A stretch of 64,000 nt of DNA, taken from assembly GCA_964276515.1 (NCBI GenBank), contig OZ193909.1:13206001-13270000 (forward strand), given 5' to 3'. Origin of the DNA: Gordius albopunctatus. Taxonomy: Eukaryota. Positions within the stretch are counted from its first letter, which is position 1. Each line of letters starts with the position of its first letter. Below are positions 38,801 to 51,164 of this stretch, one piece after another. Below the pieces are notes generated by a model. That model made no database searches. It saw nothing but the letters and a program-made list of their open reading frames with translations, and was not told the DNA's origin. The translations under genes and the position numbers were made by a program.

Positions 38801-41800
38801 GTTACGTCAGTGGAGATATGAAAGAACTGGCTAAAAGGTTAGTTTTTGTTTAAAAGTTTCTCTACATTAAAACGATCGCCCTAGATTACATTATACACAG
38901 ATTTATTCCACATTGGATTAGGTGGGGGGGGGGCGAAATCGTTTTAAGTTCAATTAGGTAGAGTTGTTAAATTGCTAACTTTATTCAACTCCAGCTACCA
39001 TCTGCTCGAGCTTCTGCTCGGTCCTCGAGCATTTTTATATGCTAATGAATGTTCTACCTGGTGCACCACCGAACAGAGAGCGCATATTGTGCTAACGCGC
39101 ATATTAAGCAACTCAGTGTGCGTGCTCGCGTCTGGAGTTTGAAGAAAGTTAGCAATTTAACAACTCTACAATTAGGATGGGGCAAAACATAAATATTTTT
39201 AATTGTTTAGCGTTTTTGTATTGAAATTTTTTTTTGCCATTTAGGGGGGAGGTGCCCCCCCCCCTAGCTACGCCCATGATTCGACATGAATGCCCTATTA
39301 ATCTCCCACCCGCTCTAAGTCCGCTTGTGTTTAAATTTTAATAGGTTTTAAACAAGTGGACTACTGCATTTTTATATATATTTATAATAAATTTTTAAAA
39401 TATTAAGAAGAAAAATATTTATTGGGAATTATTTTAGGGCCGAGGAGGCTGGGATAAGTATAGTTAACGAATGCGGATTAGATCCTGGCATAGATCATAT
39501 GCTAGCTATGGAGGTGCTCGACCAAACCCGTGAAACGGGCAGCCAAGTAAAGCTACATTAAAATTTTTTGGCCCATTAACTAGTTCTTTGATTGCTTTTT
39601 GAACGAGGTTGTGCCTTAGAAAATGTAAATTTGTGATTGTTCTTGCCTTCTAATTTAAAATTATACCCATAAAATGCTTATAATTTGTTCAGGTTATGGG
39701 ATTTTCATCTTTTTGTGGAGGGTTGCCTGCTCCCGAATACGCTGACAACCCCTTACGATATAAATTTAGGTGAAACACACATGAATTTTTTGTCATTTTA
39801 GAAAGCGCGCTCTAAAGATGATTGTTTATAATACATTGTTTGGGCAAAAATATCTAAAATGGAGTATTGGACCCGGACTGGTTATTAATAGTCTTTCGGA
39901 CTGTGCCTACGCGAGTCAAGCGTTAACGTTAGCGAGCTGCCCAATCAAAGTTTTGCGCATATTTATACTTTTATCCTTGTGTTTGCACTTGGTAATTCGT
40001 TTAAAAATAAAATTAAGCTATGCCAAAAATGGTTTGTATTGTAAAAAACTTATTGAATGGTTTTAATTAAAATTATAAATAATTTAATTTATATATTTTC
40101 ATGACTAGGGCGTAATTAGACTAAATTTAATATATGTACAGGCCAGGGGTGTGGTCTGATAAAGGCAAATAAAATAAAAACTAAACTCGATAAAATTTGA
40201 TTAAATTTGTCTCGGCTCTCTGTTAAATGACGCTAAAACTAAACGATCAATTTTGTAAAACATTAATAATGTAATTATTTTTACATAAATTTAAACGATT
40301 GATATATATTTAGTTGGTACCCCAAGGGAGTTCTTCTTAGTTCTCTCGCCGGGGCAAAATACCTTGCTAATGACCAGGTACAAATATATAAATTAAATCG
40401 GGTTGATTCCAAAGTATCTTCAGCGTTATTTTTACTACTAAATTTTATGAGGAATAATTACGAATTCTAGCTACTCTATCGAATAAGCATTGATTCTAGA
40501 CCATTGTTAACCTATCATAAAAATCTTGGGCCGTGTTTCTATATAAGCTCTTTAAAAAAAGCTGATCAGAAAAAAAGCTAATAAAAAATTTAGACCCTAA
40601 AATGTACTTGAAGTCTTATGAGGTGTATGTCGTATGGCAAATTTGAAAATAAAATTTAAATATTGAATATATAAAAATGTGTTAGATATTCAAAAATAGG
40701 ATTTTTAAAAATAAGATCTAATTAGATTTATTAATAAGATATCTAAAAATATTATATATATTCAAAAATGGTATAAAAAATGGGATATTCAAAAAATGAT
40801 TTATCAGCTTTTTTTCTGATCAGCTTTTTTTGAAGAGCTTTATTTTTGAACACATTTTAGGGTCTAAATTTTTTATTAGCTTTTTTTCTGATCAGCTTTT
40901 TTTTGAAGAGCTTTATTTTTGAACAGAAACGCGATTTTATTCACTATTTTTTGTTTCTAACGGTCTTATTCATTAAATAAGAACTACATTGCACTTTTTC
41001 TCTTTTACAATTAAATTAAGGCGATTTGATAATTTAGGTGGTCGAAATTCCGGCCAACGGTTCCCTTATGAACGACCCAAAAGATTTTCCTTACTTGCCA
41101 GCATTTAACCTGGAATGCTATCCCAATCGAGACAGCACTATGTACTTGGAAGAATATAAAATACCCAAAGCCCACACCCTTATGAGAGGCACCCTAAGAT
41201 ACAAAGCATGCCAATATTCTTACAATTACACTATTTTTATCTTAAAACTTTGTTTTAAAAATTTATACGTTTCAGAAAGAGTTTGTTGTATACAATTTAG
41301 GCCAAAAAACATTTTAGCATGCTTGGAAAATCTGAAGAGTGTAATATTTTATTTATATCGATCTAGGGTTTTTGCAACGCCGTCAAAGGCTTACAAATGC
41401 TCGGACTCATGGCCCCGAAGGAATTCCCTCTATTGCATCCATCAGGTCCTGAGATCTCTTGGGTAATTTATTAGTTTAAAAAATGTATTTAGTTACTGTT
41501 ATACAAGACGAAGATATTTTAATAAATTTTTGAAATTAATAACCTTAAAAATTATTATTAGAGAACGCTGATATGTAAAATGCTAGACAAGCCATCGGAT
41601 ATTTTGTTGGACACTCTGAAAAACGAGGTGTTTGACAGAGTTGGCAAAATCGAATCCCGAGTGGATGCAATCGAAAGGTATGATGACAACAATTTTTTGG
41701 CCGATTCTTATTTTATTTCTTCATCATTAATAAGAATATAGTGATGGATCATGTATGTTCTCATAACCCAAAATTAGCTTTTTATATTTCATTAAATTTT

Positions 41801-43161
41801 TTTCTTTTAAGTTACCCGAGTAAATATGATGATGACATTTAATTAAATAGAATTATGTAAGTAAATGATTAAAGGCACAAGCATTAAATCCAGATTTAGC
41901 CTTTTAACTTAATTGTATAGCAAAAATGTGAAATTTTGTTTGTTGTCTAACCTCTTAATACTTACTGCTATTTAGCTTGGGTTTGTTGTCAGACCTGATG
42001 GTTGATAAAAGGATAACGCCCCTCGACACATTGTCCAACTACCTGGCTCAAACATTATCATACGGTAATAATGTAAGAGTTATAATGCTTGGAGATTATG
42101 TGTTAAATTCCATTAGTTTTTGAAGTATGTTGAGCAAATCATCATATCGATTGGCTTGATTTTTGGCGTAATGCCTCTGATATTACCCCTTTGAATATTT
42201 ATTGAGAGAGACATAAACTCCACACCTATTTTTGTTTGTGTATCATCATTGCATACACGATGCACCTTCAACCCATATATTTTATCGCCTTTTTATTTTA
42301 CACTGAGCCCACCGAATTTTGTTAGGGAAAGGGGAAAAAGATTTGGTCATACTCCGCCATAGTTTCGAAATCCAAACTGGGCCCCAACCTTACGAAGCGG
42401 TAAAGTTATAGATGTATACGACTAAATAAATTTGATTTTCTATAAAATTTGATATCTTACTCCTTCATTTGTAGGAAGAAAGGACGGTTACTTTAATAGT
42501 GTACGGTGAACCCGGTGGGCACACGGCCATGGCTAAAACTGTCGGTTTTCCTTGCGCCATCGCCGTTAAAATGGTCCTAGAAGGTATTATTTTAATATCG
42601 CACCGTTTGTTTGGGAAGAGCTTAATGCATAGGGGAAAATTTTGTGCAGTTCTCATTTTTCAAAGTGCCCCCTATTTTTAAAATTTATTAAATTGCTACC
42701 AAAACCTTCTTTTTCGATTTGCAGTTTTTTGGTTCCTAATGAGTTTAACCCACTAATTATTATTAAAGAGGATATGCCGATGCTATGGATATTTTAGTCT
42801 GCATTTGTCCGAAAATAGAACTATAAGTCTGGACGACAAAATAGTGATATAATAATTGAATGAGCGAATCGTTATTATACCTAACGCTGGTATTGGAAAT
42901 GGACAAATTTTTTACAAAAAGCCCTTACTAATTTAACCTAATTTAAGAATGAATTTAGTCAAGATACCACCCTTTTAAAGTTTAGCTTTCATGTGCGATG
43001 TTATAGGAGAAATTCAAAGCAAGGGTCTAGTTATGCCCCTCACTCCTGACATATACCGACCCATGTTGGAACGATTAAAGAAGGAAGGGATTGAGGCAGT
43101 TACCAAAATTATACCGATCTCCAACCCTAGTCACCCTCATTCAGCACATGTTGTTGGTTAA
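29888..43161 (+). CDS. AASS: Alpha-aminoadipic semialdehyde synthase (lysine-ketoglutarate reductase/saccharopine dehydrogenase), 24 coding exons, ~989 aa
   Basis: Exons: 29888-30193, 30825-31001, 32260-32412, 33961-34107, 34377-34455, 34937-35073, 35121-35272, 35512-35634, 36818-36929, 37150-37209, 37490-37560, 37800-37933, 38490-38640, 38727-38837, 39438-39546, 39693-39769, 40314-40377, 41038-41205, 41367-41462, 41562-41677, 41976-42064, 42326-42399, 42475-42583, 43007-43161 (2970 nt, in frame). Motifs: [117 protein letters not shown]. Confidence 0.96.
32931..33597. mobile_element. ~670-bp hAT-type MITE, long subfamily, copy 2
   Basis: Perfect TSD ATCTACTC. Colinear with 21756..22372. Lies in AASS intron 3. 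Confidence 0.9.
35766..36121. mobile_element. PIF/Harbinger (Tourist-like) MITE, nested in a CATGG-family MITE (35679..36157)
   Basis: TIR GGGCTTGTCTTAATATCGGATT / AATCCGATATTAAGACAAACCC, 3-bp TSD TAA. Second copy at 61518..61784. Confidence 0.85.
38959..39168. mobile_element. TAGAGTTG-family hAT MITE, copy 3 (inverted), nested in a CATGGGCG-family MITE (38913..39278)
   Basis: Reverse orientation of 4445..4646. Perfect TSD CAATTAGG. Confidence 0.9.
40545..40913. repeat. Inverted repeat (MITE remnant) with a local tandem duplication
   Basis: 40545..40605 is the reverse complement of 40852..40913. The segment agctttttttctgatcagctttttttgaagagctttatttttgaaca is duplicated at ~40807 and ~40878. 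Confidence 0.7.
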
Positions 43162-44116
43162 ATCTAATAGACAGGCTGGGTAATCTCGAATTTTTAAAGC
43201 TGCATAACGTACAAATTAAAATTTAGACGTTATTTTGGCCATCTTCCATAGTTTAAAAATAATATTTGCTGATTGAAAACTAAGTTAAAACTATGAAATG
43301 AATCATTTATCATTTGATTTTAAATATTTGGAATGTTTTATACTAATAATAATCGTTTGTTTCATAGATTGATATTATTTTTAGTACCAACAGCAACTAC
43401 CCGTGTCTTATCGACGAAGTAATTACATCTTAAAAATATCGGACATCTGAGAAATTATTGATTTATTTGGATCTCAGTATATTAATTATTATTTGTGAAA
43501 CACTAATATATAAAATATTTATCAAAATTTGACTTAACCTCATGCAATCTTTTATTGATGTTTCGTGGAAATGCAAAATATCAACATTAGTCACACACGC
43601 AATTATTATTCTTAGTCGATCCGTTATTTGTTTACCTGGTATAGGTTGATATTCTGATGAAATTTCATTTTTGGTACAATTGTTACATTTCCTTTGGTAT
43701 TCTTAACTCACGATGTGATGATATTTTTTTAATGTGAACGCAAAATAAAAAAGATTTTGTTGAATTGAAAGTGGATACATGTTTATAACAACATCATATG
43801 AATCAAGGGAGGGGGGGCAGCTGCCTCCCTAAATTATAATTTTTTTTTATAATTGATGGATATATTACTTAAAACCTTTAAAACTATCATTTTACCCTTT
43901 TTAAAACTATTTCAAATCCTGTTCACGTCATTTACCTAGTCTATATTAACTATGTAGACTCAAAGTTAATTACATTATTATACTCTAATGAAAATTCATA
44001 AATGTTTGCCAGCTCTCCTCCTTTTACACAAATACATTCTCACGTTTTTTAATATAAAATTTGATCAAATATAAAATTTATTAAATTTTTACAGCGATAA
44101 AATTATTGTAAAAAAA

Positions 44117-47100
44117 TTAATTATCAGGTTCTAATTGTGTGTCGTCTTCTGTTTGGGTTGCTATCGAGGTATAGAAAATCGGAACGTTTTCATCATATTT
44201 GTTTTGCCCATCACGATTTTCCAAATCTAATTTATCTAATTTAACAAGAGCTCGGTTGAGTAAATGTATTAATTCAACGCTTTCTCCGTCCGCATTAGTA
44301 TGAATTTGGTGCATTGAATCGCTTGTTTGGTTGTTGCCTACTTTCAAACTTTTAAAGGCCAGCTCTTTTAAACGTTTTTCTTCTTCGAAATATTTTTTCC
44401 TCAAACTTTCTAGAGTGCGAGAACTGCAGCGCGGGATATTGACCGGTGTAACTAGGTGGAAATTTGTGTAATTTATGGCCAAATTACCGGTCTCCGTTAT
44501 AAAACGGGTTAGACGTTCGAACCGATAACCCCACAAAATTTCATCTTGAGATTATGACAAAAAATCACAATATTATAAAAAGTCAAAAATTTCTATTTAC
44601 AATATCTAATTAGAAGCGTTCAATTCATTTATCGGTCTCGTCGAAGATAAAGTGGGGGGAGGAGGGTTCCAAAATGTTGTGCCACATTGGTCCATTAACA
44701 AGGGCTTAATCAAAAGTGTTTAATTTAACATATAACTTCATCAAATTTTGTTTTGTTGATCATAGTTTTCGTGTGTTGATTTACATTACAAAAATATGTA
44801 TTAGTTTGGGTAGGGGTAAAACTTTTATTTTAGGTATAATATAATATACACATTAAAAATTACAATATTGAAATGCCTTTAATATAAGAGTCACCAAAAA
44901 TATCTTATATAAGCAAGTAGAAATGAATGTTTTATGAAGAATTAGCGAATTCTTAATACATCAGTGTTGATTATTTTAGAAATTAACTAAGACTCCCTGA
45001 ATAACCAATAGTTAGATATAACATTAAATTTTCTGGGTTTTGGTAGCAATGATATTATTGCTTTCCCCCATTTATCCCATCAATAATTAAAGATATCATA
45101 ATGTTTATAAACAAGTCAGATATTGAGATACTTATCCCAATCAAAAATTTAATTTGTATTAATAATAAGAAAACTCGGGCCTTCGGCCCTCGTGGGAAGG
45201 GGGAAGGGGAGGGAAGGGGGAAGGGGAGGAGGGGAAGGAAGGGGGAACTCATCTACACTCCGTATAAATGTATCATATTTGCTATGCAATTTATGGAAAT
45301 ACTTACGTGAATATTGCAAAACGAAGGTTGGAAGCACTAAATAAGTGTATATGCCAAATATCATAAAGGGGGAGAGAGGGAGCGAAGGGGAAGCTTTATG
45401 GTTAGTTAAATTCTACGGGAGTTGTATTACCAAAAAGTCATAATAGCAATGGTAGGAACAGGAACAATCATAATAGTCAAAAAAAACGAAAAAATAAACT
45501 CGGATACACATTTTGGCCAATGGTCATTTTTTTCATTGGTCAGCAGCCAGCGGACGGCCAAAAAGTCATAATAGCAATGGTAGGAACAGGAACAATCATA
45601 ATATTCAAAAAAAACGAAAAAATAAACTCGGATACACATTTTGGCCAATGGTCATTTTTTTCATTGGTCAGCAGCCAGCGGACGGCCAAAAAGTCATAAT
45701 AGCAATGGTAGGAACAGGAACAATCATAATATTCAAAAAAAAACGAAAAAATAAACTCGGATACACATTTTGGCCAATGGTCATTTTTTTCATTGGTCAG
45801 CAGCCAGCGGACGGCCAAAAAGTCTTATTATCATTGATAGTAACAAGAACAATCATAAGAGTCAAAAAAACTCCGGGATTCTAACCCAAAAACTAGATAA
45901 ATTGCATAGCAATTATTAAAAAGTATAGGGTAATTATCAATGTTAACCTATTCAAAAACGAACAAAAAATTTCGATTTATTTGGCCAATGGTAATTTTTT
46001 TCAATTATCAATGTTAACCTATTCAAAAAGGAAAAACGAAAAATTAGGATTTATTTGGCCAAGGTTCATTTTTTCATTGGTCAGTAGCCAGCGGACGGTC
46101 AAAAAGTCATATTATCAATGGTATTAACAAGAACAAAATATTAAATTAATTAAAAAAATAAAAATTTTGCCCTCTCCGGGATTCGAACCCACATTAAATA
46201 GAGGCATAAGCCTTTGGAGGGGAACAGGGAACCATATAAATAGAGCCATAGGCCCTTGTAGGGGAGGGCATAGGGTAATTATCAATGTTAAACTATTCAA
46301 AAACGAAAAATTAAAAATTTCGATTTATCTGGCCAGTGGTCATTTTTTCATTGGTCAGTAGCCTGCGGACGGTCAAAAATTCATATTATCAATGGTATTA
46401 ACAAGAACAATATATTAATTTAATTTAAAAAAAAAATAAAAATTTTTGTCCTCTCCGGGTCTCGAACCATCAATTTAGAACGTTCGCCGGGATTCAAACC
46501 CACATTAAATAGAGGCATAAGCCTTTGGAGGGGAACGAACCATATAAATAGAGCCATAGGCCCTTGTAGGGGAGGGCATAGGGTCATTATCAATGTTAAA
46601 CTATTCAAAAACGAAAAATTAAAAATTTCGATTTATCTGGCCAGTGGTCATTTTTTCATTGGTCAGTAGCCTGCGGACGGTCAAAAAGTCATATTATCAA
46701 TGGTATTAACAAGAAAAAAATAATAATTTAATTTAAAAAAAAAACTCGGGCCTTCGGCCCTCGTGGGAAGGGGGAAGGGGAGGGAAGGGGGAAGGGGAGG
46801 AGGGGAAGGAAGGGGGAACTCATCTACACTCCGTATAAATGTATCATATTTGCTATGCAATTTATGGAAATACTTACGTGAATATTGCAAAACGAAGGTT
46901 GGAAGCACTAAATAAGTGTATATGCCAAATATCATAAAGGGGGAGAGAGGGAGCGAAGGGGAAGCTTTATGGTTAGTTAAATTCTACGGGAGTTGTATTA
47001 CCAAAAAGTCATAATAGCAATGGCAGGAACAGGAACAATCATAATAGTAAAAAAAAACGAAAAAAATAATTTCGATTCACATTTTGGCCAATGGTCATTT

Positions 47101-50100
47101 TTTTCCATTTGTCAGCAGCCAGGACACGGTAAAAGTGGATATAAATTCATAACAGTCAAAAAAAACGAAAAAAAAATTTTCGAATCACATTTTGGCCAAT
47201 GGTCATTTTATTCCATTGGTCAGCAGCCAGCGGACGGCCAAAAAGTCCTAATAGCAATTATAGGAACAGGAACAATCATAATATTCAAAAAAAACGGAAA
47301 AAATAATTTCGATTCACATTTTGGCCAATGGTCATTTTTTTCATTGGTCAGCAGCCAGCGGACGGCCAAAAAGTCTTATTATCATTGATAGTAACAAGAA
47401 CAATCATAAGAGTCAAAAAATACTCCGGGATTCTAACCCAAAAACTAGATAAATTGCATAGCAATTATTAAAAAGTATAGGGTAATTATCAATGTTAACC
47501 TATTCAAAAACGAACAAAAAATTTTGATTTATTTGGCCAATGGTAATTTTTTTCAATTATCAATGTTAACTTATTCAAAAAGGAAAAACGAAAAATTAGG
47601 ATTTATTTGGCCAATGTTCATTTTTTCATTGGTCAGTAGCCAGCGGACGGTCAAAAAGTCATATTATCAATGGTATTAACAAGAGCAAAATATTAAATTA
47701 ATTAAAAAAATAAAAATTTTGCCCTCTCCGGGATTCGAACCCACATTAAATAGAGGCATAAGCCTTTGGAGGGGAACAGGGAACCATATAAATAGAGCCA
47801 TAGGCCCTTGTAGGGGAGGGCATAGGGTAATTATCAATGTTAAACTATTCAAAAACGAAAAATTAAAAATTTCGATTTATCTGGCCAGTGGTCATTTTTT
47901 CATTGGTCAGTAGCCTGCGGACGGTCAAAAATTCATATTATCAATGGTATTAACAAGAACAATATATTAATTTAATTTAAAAAAAAATAAAAATTTTTGT
48001 CCTCTCCGGGTCTCGAACCCGCAACCTCCAGGTCGGGAAGCTGGTGTAAATAACTTGGTGGACGGACGGACGGACGGACAACCAAAAACGAGCCCATAAA
48101 TTGCATAGCAATTAAAAAAAAAAATTTTGTCCTCTCCGGGTCTCGAACCCGCAACCTCCAGGTCGGGAAGCTGGTGTAAATAACTTGGTGGACGGACGGA
48201 CGGACGGACAGACGGACGGACAACCAAAAACGAGCCCATAAATTGCATAGCAATTAAAAAGACTATTGTAAGCGGGGGCAGGGTTAGTAAGAGGGCAAAA
48301 GGTTCCTTAATAAATTAAAATCATTTCAACCATTTGACCATAATTCTAATTTTCGAGAATTTATAAGTTAGCTCGCTTCTATATTGCGTCAGATTGTAAT
48401 TAAGGAGGGGGGGGGAGATGAATGAAGATTGTTTGAAATGCTAATAATTTTAAATTATGTATACTTTTAAATTTATAAGGGGAAAGGGCTGCCTCCCCCT
48501 GACTACACTCGCCCCTTGGCCACAGCCTTAACGACTAATTTACAGGATATGGTGATATTTGTCGGACAAAAAAAAATCGTTAAAAAAAGAGCTTCGTAAA
48601 TATAGGGAAATTGCGATGGCGAATGCTTACGGGGTAGATAGGAGGTTCGGGCTTGCATAGTGGCACCCGTGGCCTCTATCATGCCTTGAAAGATGAAAAC
48701 CATTTCGAAATGTTCGTCGTGCAACTCTTGGGCACCCATGTCGTAAAAGGGAGATGTCTCATCGATAATGTGGCTTACGATAACGGGCCAAACGAGGAAA
48801 ATATTATCGCTGTCTCGGCAAGTTCCCACCTTCATTTCGTAAGGGTTGAGGTGGATAATTTCACCTTCTAACGTCGCTTTTTTCCTGAACAAATAGGCTC
48901 TAGTAGTTGCTCCTATCATGTGAGACGTCCGCATGTCGCCTAACCTTACGCATAAGCATAACTGACCGTCCCGCGTACAGATGACCGCGTTTCGACTAAA
49001 CATCAGGGTAGCAGCGCGCTTTTTGGGTCTGCATAGCTTGGCAAATATCATACCAGTAACGAAACCTTAAATCATGATGCCAATACACTGATAAGACGGT
49101 GTAAATAATGCTTTATGATGCCGTTTACCGCTTAGGAGTGTCACTTTCGTTAATGCATTAAAAATTCGGTATTCTTTCATAACTTGTAAACTAATGGGGG
49201 AATTTCGAAAAAGCATAAATTTTAGTAATATGCTCATGAAACTGTATGAATTAAACAGCAGAGCATAAGTTTTTTATATAAACAACAACTATCTACATCG
49301 AGTCTATGGGATTGGTGAACGATTAATTAATTATAATCAGAAGATAATAATAACCCCTTACAGGAGTGCCGCAATTAAATTAAAAGTCTCATCTAATTAG
49401 CGCCATCTATAGGCAATTTTAATTAGAGATTACTTTGAACTATATATATACCCCTATCTTTTTTAGCATGTGACTCGTGCCTATAGATGGCGCTAATCAG
49501 AGGATACTTCTATTTAATTGCGGCACTCCTGAAAGGGGTTATTATTATCTTCTGATAGTTATCAAAAACCCGCAATTTATTAACTAATTTATAATATTAT
49601 TAATTGATTGTTTTTACTAATTTGGCCTTACACAAATAAGCTAAATCAAATTTCAACATTATGTTTAAAATCTTGCACAATATAACACGCCAAGACCAAA
49701 TTAAGAGTTTGATTGTTCTTTATGGTTTTTGGGCAAAAACGAAACAAAGGCAAAAATATTGTGGCAACCGTGAACCAGAGGTGAAGGAAATTGATGTTTG
49801 ATATATTCTGAAGACAAGTCTCGGTCTAGTTGCTTCAAATTCAGCCATGGGCATAGCCAAAGGCAGGGAGATACAGGTGCCCCCCCCCCCAGCCCCAATC
49901 AAAAGTTGTTCAATATTTTTGAGAATATTAGCATTGTTAATGTTTAAAATCATCTCTCAAATCATTATCTAATGTTTCTGTTCAATCCTAAATTACGCCC
50001 ATGTTTTAATTATGAAAACCTTGAATCATGGCTCCGGTTATGGCTTGAATGATCAGCATGATGATAGCTTCGGGGCATTCTTCCGTTATGTACCGATACC

Positions 50101-51164
50101 CGTATCCTATAGTATGTTGCGTTTCGACGGAAAAAAGGAAAACGCCGGCAAAAGATTCCACATTTTTAACGCACGGCTTCCAGTTGGGGTTAGTGAGGTG
50201 ATCGAAATCGTCGTGTGAGAATAGGATGAGCCACCATATGAAAGCGTAGCCAAACCAAGTGGCTAAAAAGCTGGTCGCAAACACTATGATGGACCAACGC
50301 CATTTACTGTCTAACAGCGTCGTGTATATGTCGGTCAGGAAATGTTGCTTGAGTTTTGGGATGTGAGAATGTATCACGTTGCAAGTACCGGATTTATTAA
50401 CTAGGCGTTTACGTATTTTACGGGGTAGAAAAGCATCTTTTTGCTTAGGCGATGGCTTGTCGGATGATCCACTCTTTGGTTCTAGTCTGAGGAGAGCACT
50501 GGTTGTAGGAATGTGTGGGGAAGGTGAGATAGAACTCTGAAATAGATAGTTAACATCTAAACCTTATAGTTTACCTTAGGCAATAGGTTTAAAAATCCGA
50601 TAGAAGTCTTTAATATCGAATTTGTCATCGCACTATATGCTTTGATCGTTTAAAAATAATTTTACTATCTTTTTTGTAACATTTCATGAAACTTTATGAG
50701 ATTTGATTTCGAAAATTTATGTATAAATTAAAATTTTTAAATTTTTGTATTTTTAAGTTGTATGAGCAAGAGTCCGTAGTAACATGATAAATATTTTTTA
50801 GCTCTATCATCAGCATTCAACTTATTCTCAATTTTACCTACTATAAAATTTAACATAATTGGTTAGAACCTTTTGCCAGAATTACCTGAGATGGTCCAAC
50901 TCTTCCCAGGCTGGAACCAATACTTCTGTTCAAACTACTTAACAAAGACCCGATCCTACTTGTTCCCGATGTATCTGGGGCACTTGCATCTTTATTAATC
51001 AAAGTTCCGCCCGGACCGACTGATAACTTGGAACCTGGGTCGGCTTTGGCTAAGAATCCCGGTGGTATGAAAAAGCTTTTACGGCCTTTGCGATTTTTTT
51101 TATCCCTGTATCGTTGACGAAAGTTATCTAACCTGGAAGAAGGGCCTCCTTCTAAAAATTTCAT
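44117..51164 (-). CDS. Inward rectifier potassium channel (Kir/KCNJ/Irk family), 4 coding exons, ~552 aa
   Basis: Exons (minus strand): 51164-50886, 50536-50020, 49065-48631, 44544-44117, all GT-AG and phase-consistent (1659 nt). Motifs: RKRLVNKSGTCNV, DIYTTLLDSKWRW, FLFSVETQHTIGYGYR, TEECP, FAKLCRPKKRAATLMFSRNAVI, RTSYLP-EILWGYRF. An AG acceptor 9 nt before the ATG implies a further upstream exon. Confidence 0.95.
45168..48260 (-). mobile_element. Tandem Helentron/DINE-1-like non-autonomous element with internal 128-bp repeats
   Basis: Head-to-tail duplication with period 1571 (45171 vs 46742). Terminal hairpin GGGCC-TTC-GGCCC. Subterminal inverted repeat TTGCTATGCAATTTATGG (45279) / CCATAAATTGCATAGCAA (48236). 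(GGAC)n microsatellite, T-rich ends on the minus strand, and no TSD seen. Confidence 0.7.
45430..45870. repeat. 128-bp tandem repeat array (~3.4 units; a second array at ~47001..47420)
   Basis: Unit starts ccaaaaagtc at 45430, 45558, 45686 and 45815. Confidence 0.95.
49336..49556. mobile_element. Palindromic MITE with ~80-bp inverted arms
   Basis: atcagaagataataataacccctt...caggagtgccgcaattaaat...ttagcgccatctataggca is mirrored at 49478..49556. Lies in Kir intron 2. Confidence 0.8.

Noticed and set aside
43161..44117. Overlapping 3'UTRs of convergent AASS and Kir
   Set aside because: Candidate poly(A) signals (AATAAA at ~43744 on plus, 44077..44082 on minus) allow non-overlapping ends. No evidence without transcripts.
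45427..48253. Many 60-130 aa ORFs with repeated peptides, and a superficially CRISPR-like periodicity
   Set aside because: They arise from 128-bp tandem units with no unique spacers. There are no cas genes and the context is a eukaryotic intron.
6709..51164. Functional cluster linking a polyamine transporter, lysine catabolism and a polyamine-blocked channel
   Set aside because: The theme is suggestive, but gene adjacency in animal genomes is weak evidence, the genes are on different strands, and this Kir lacks the polyamine-block residues. Conserved synteny would be needed.
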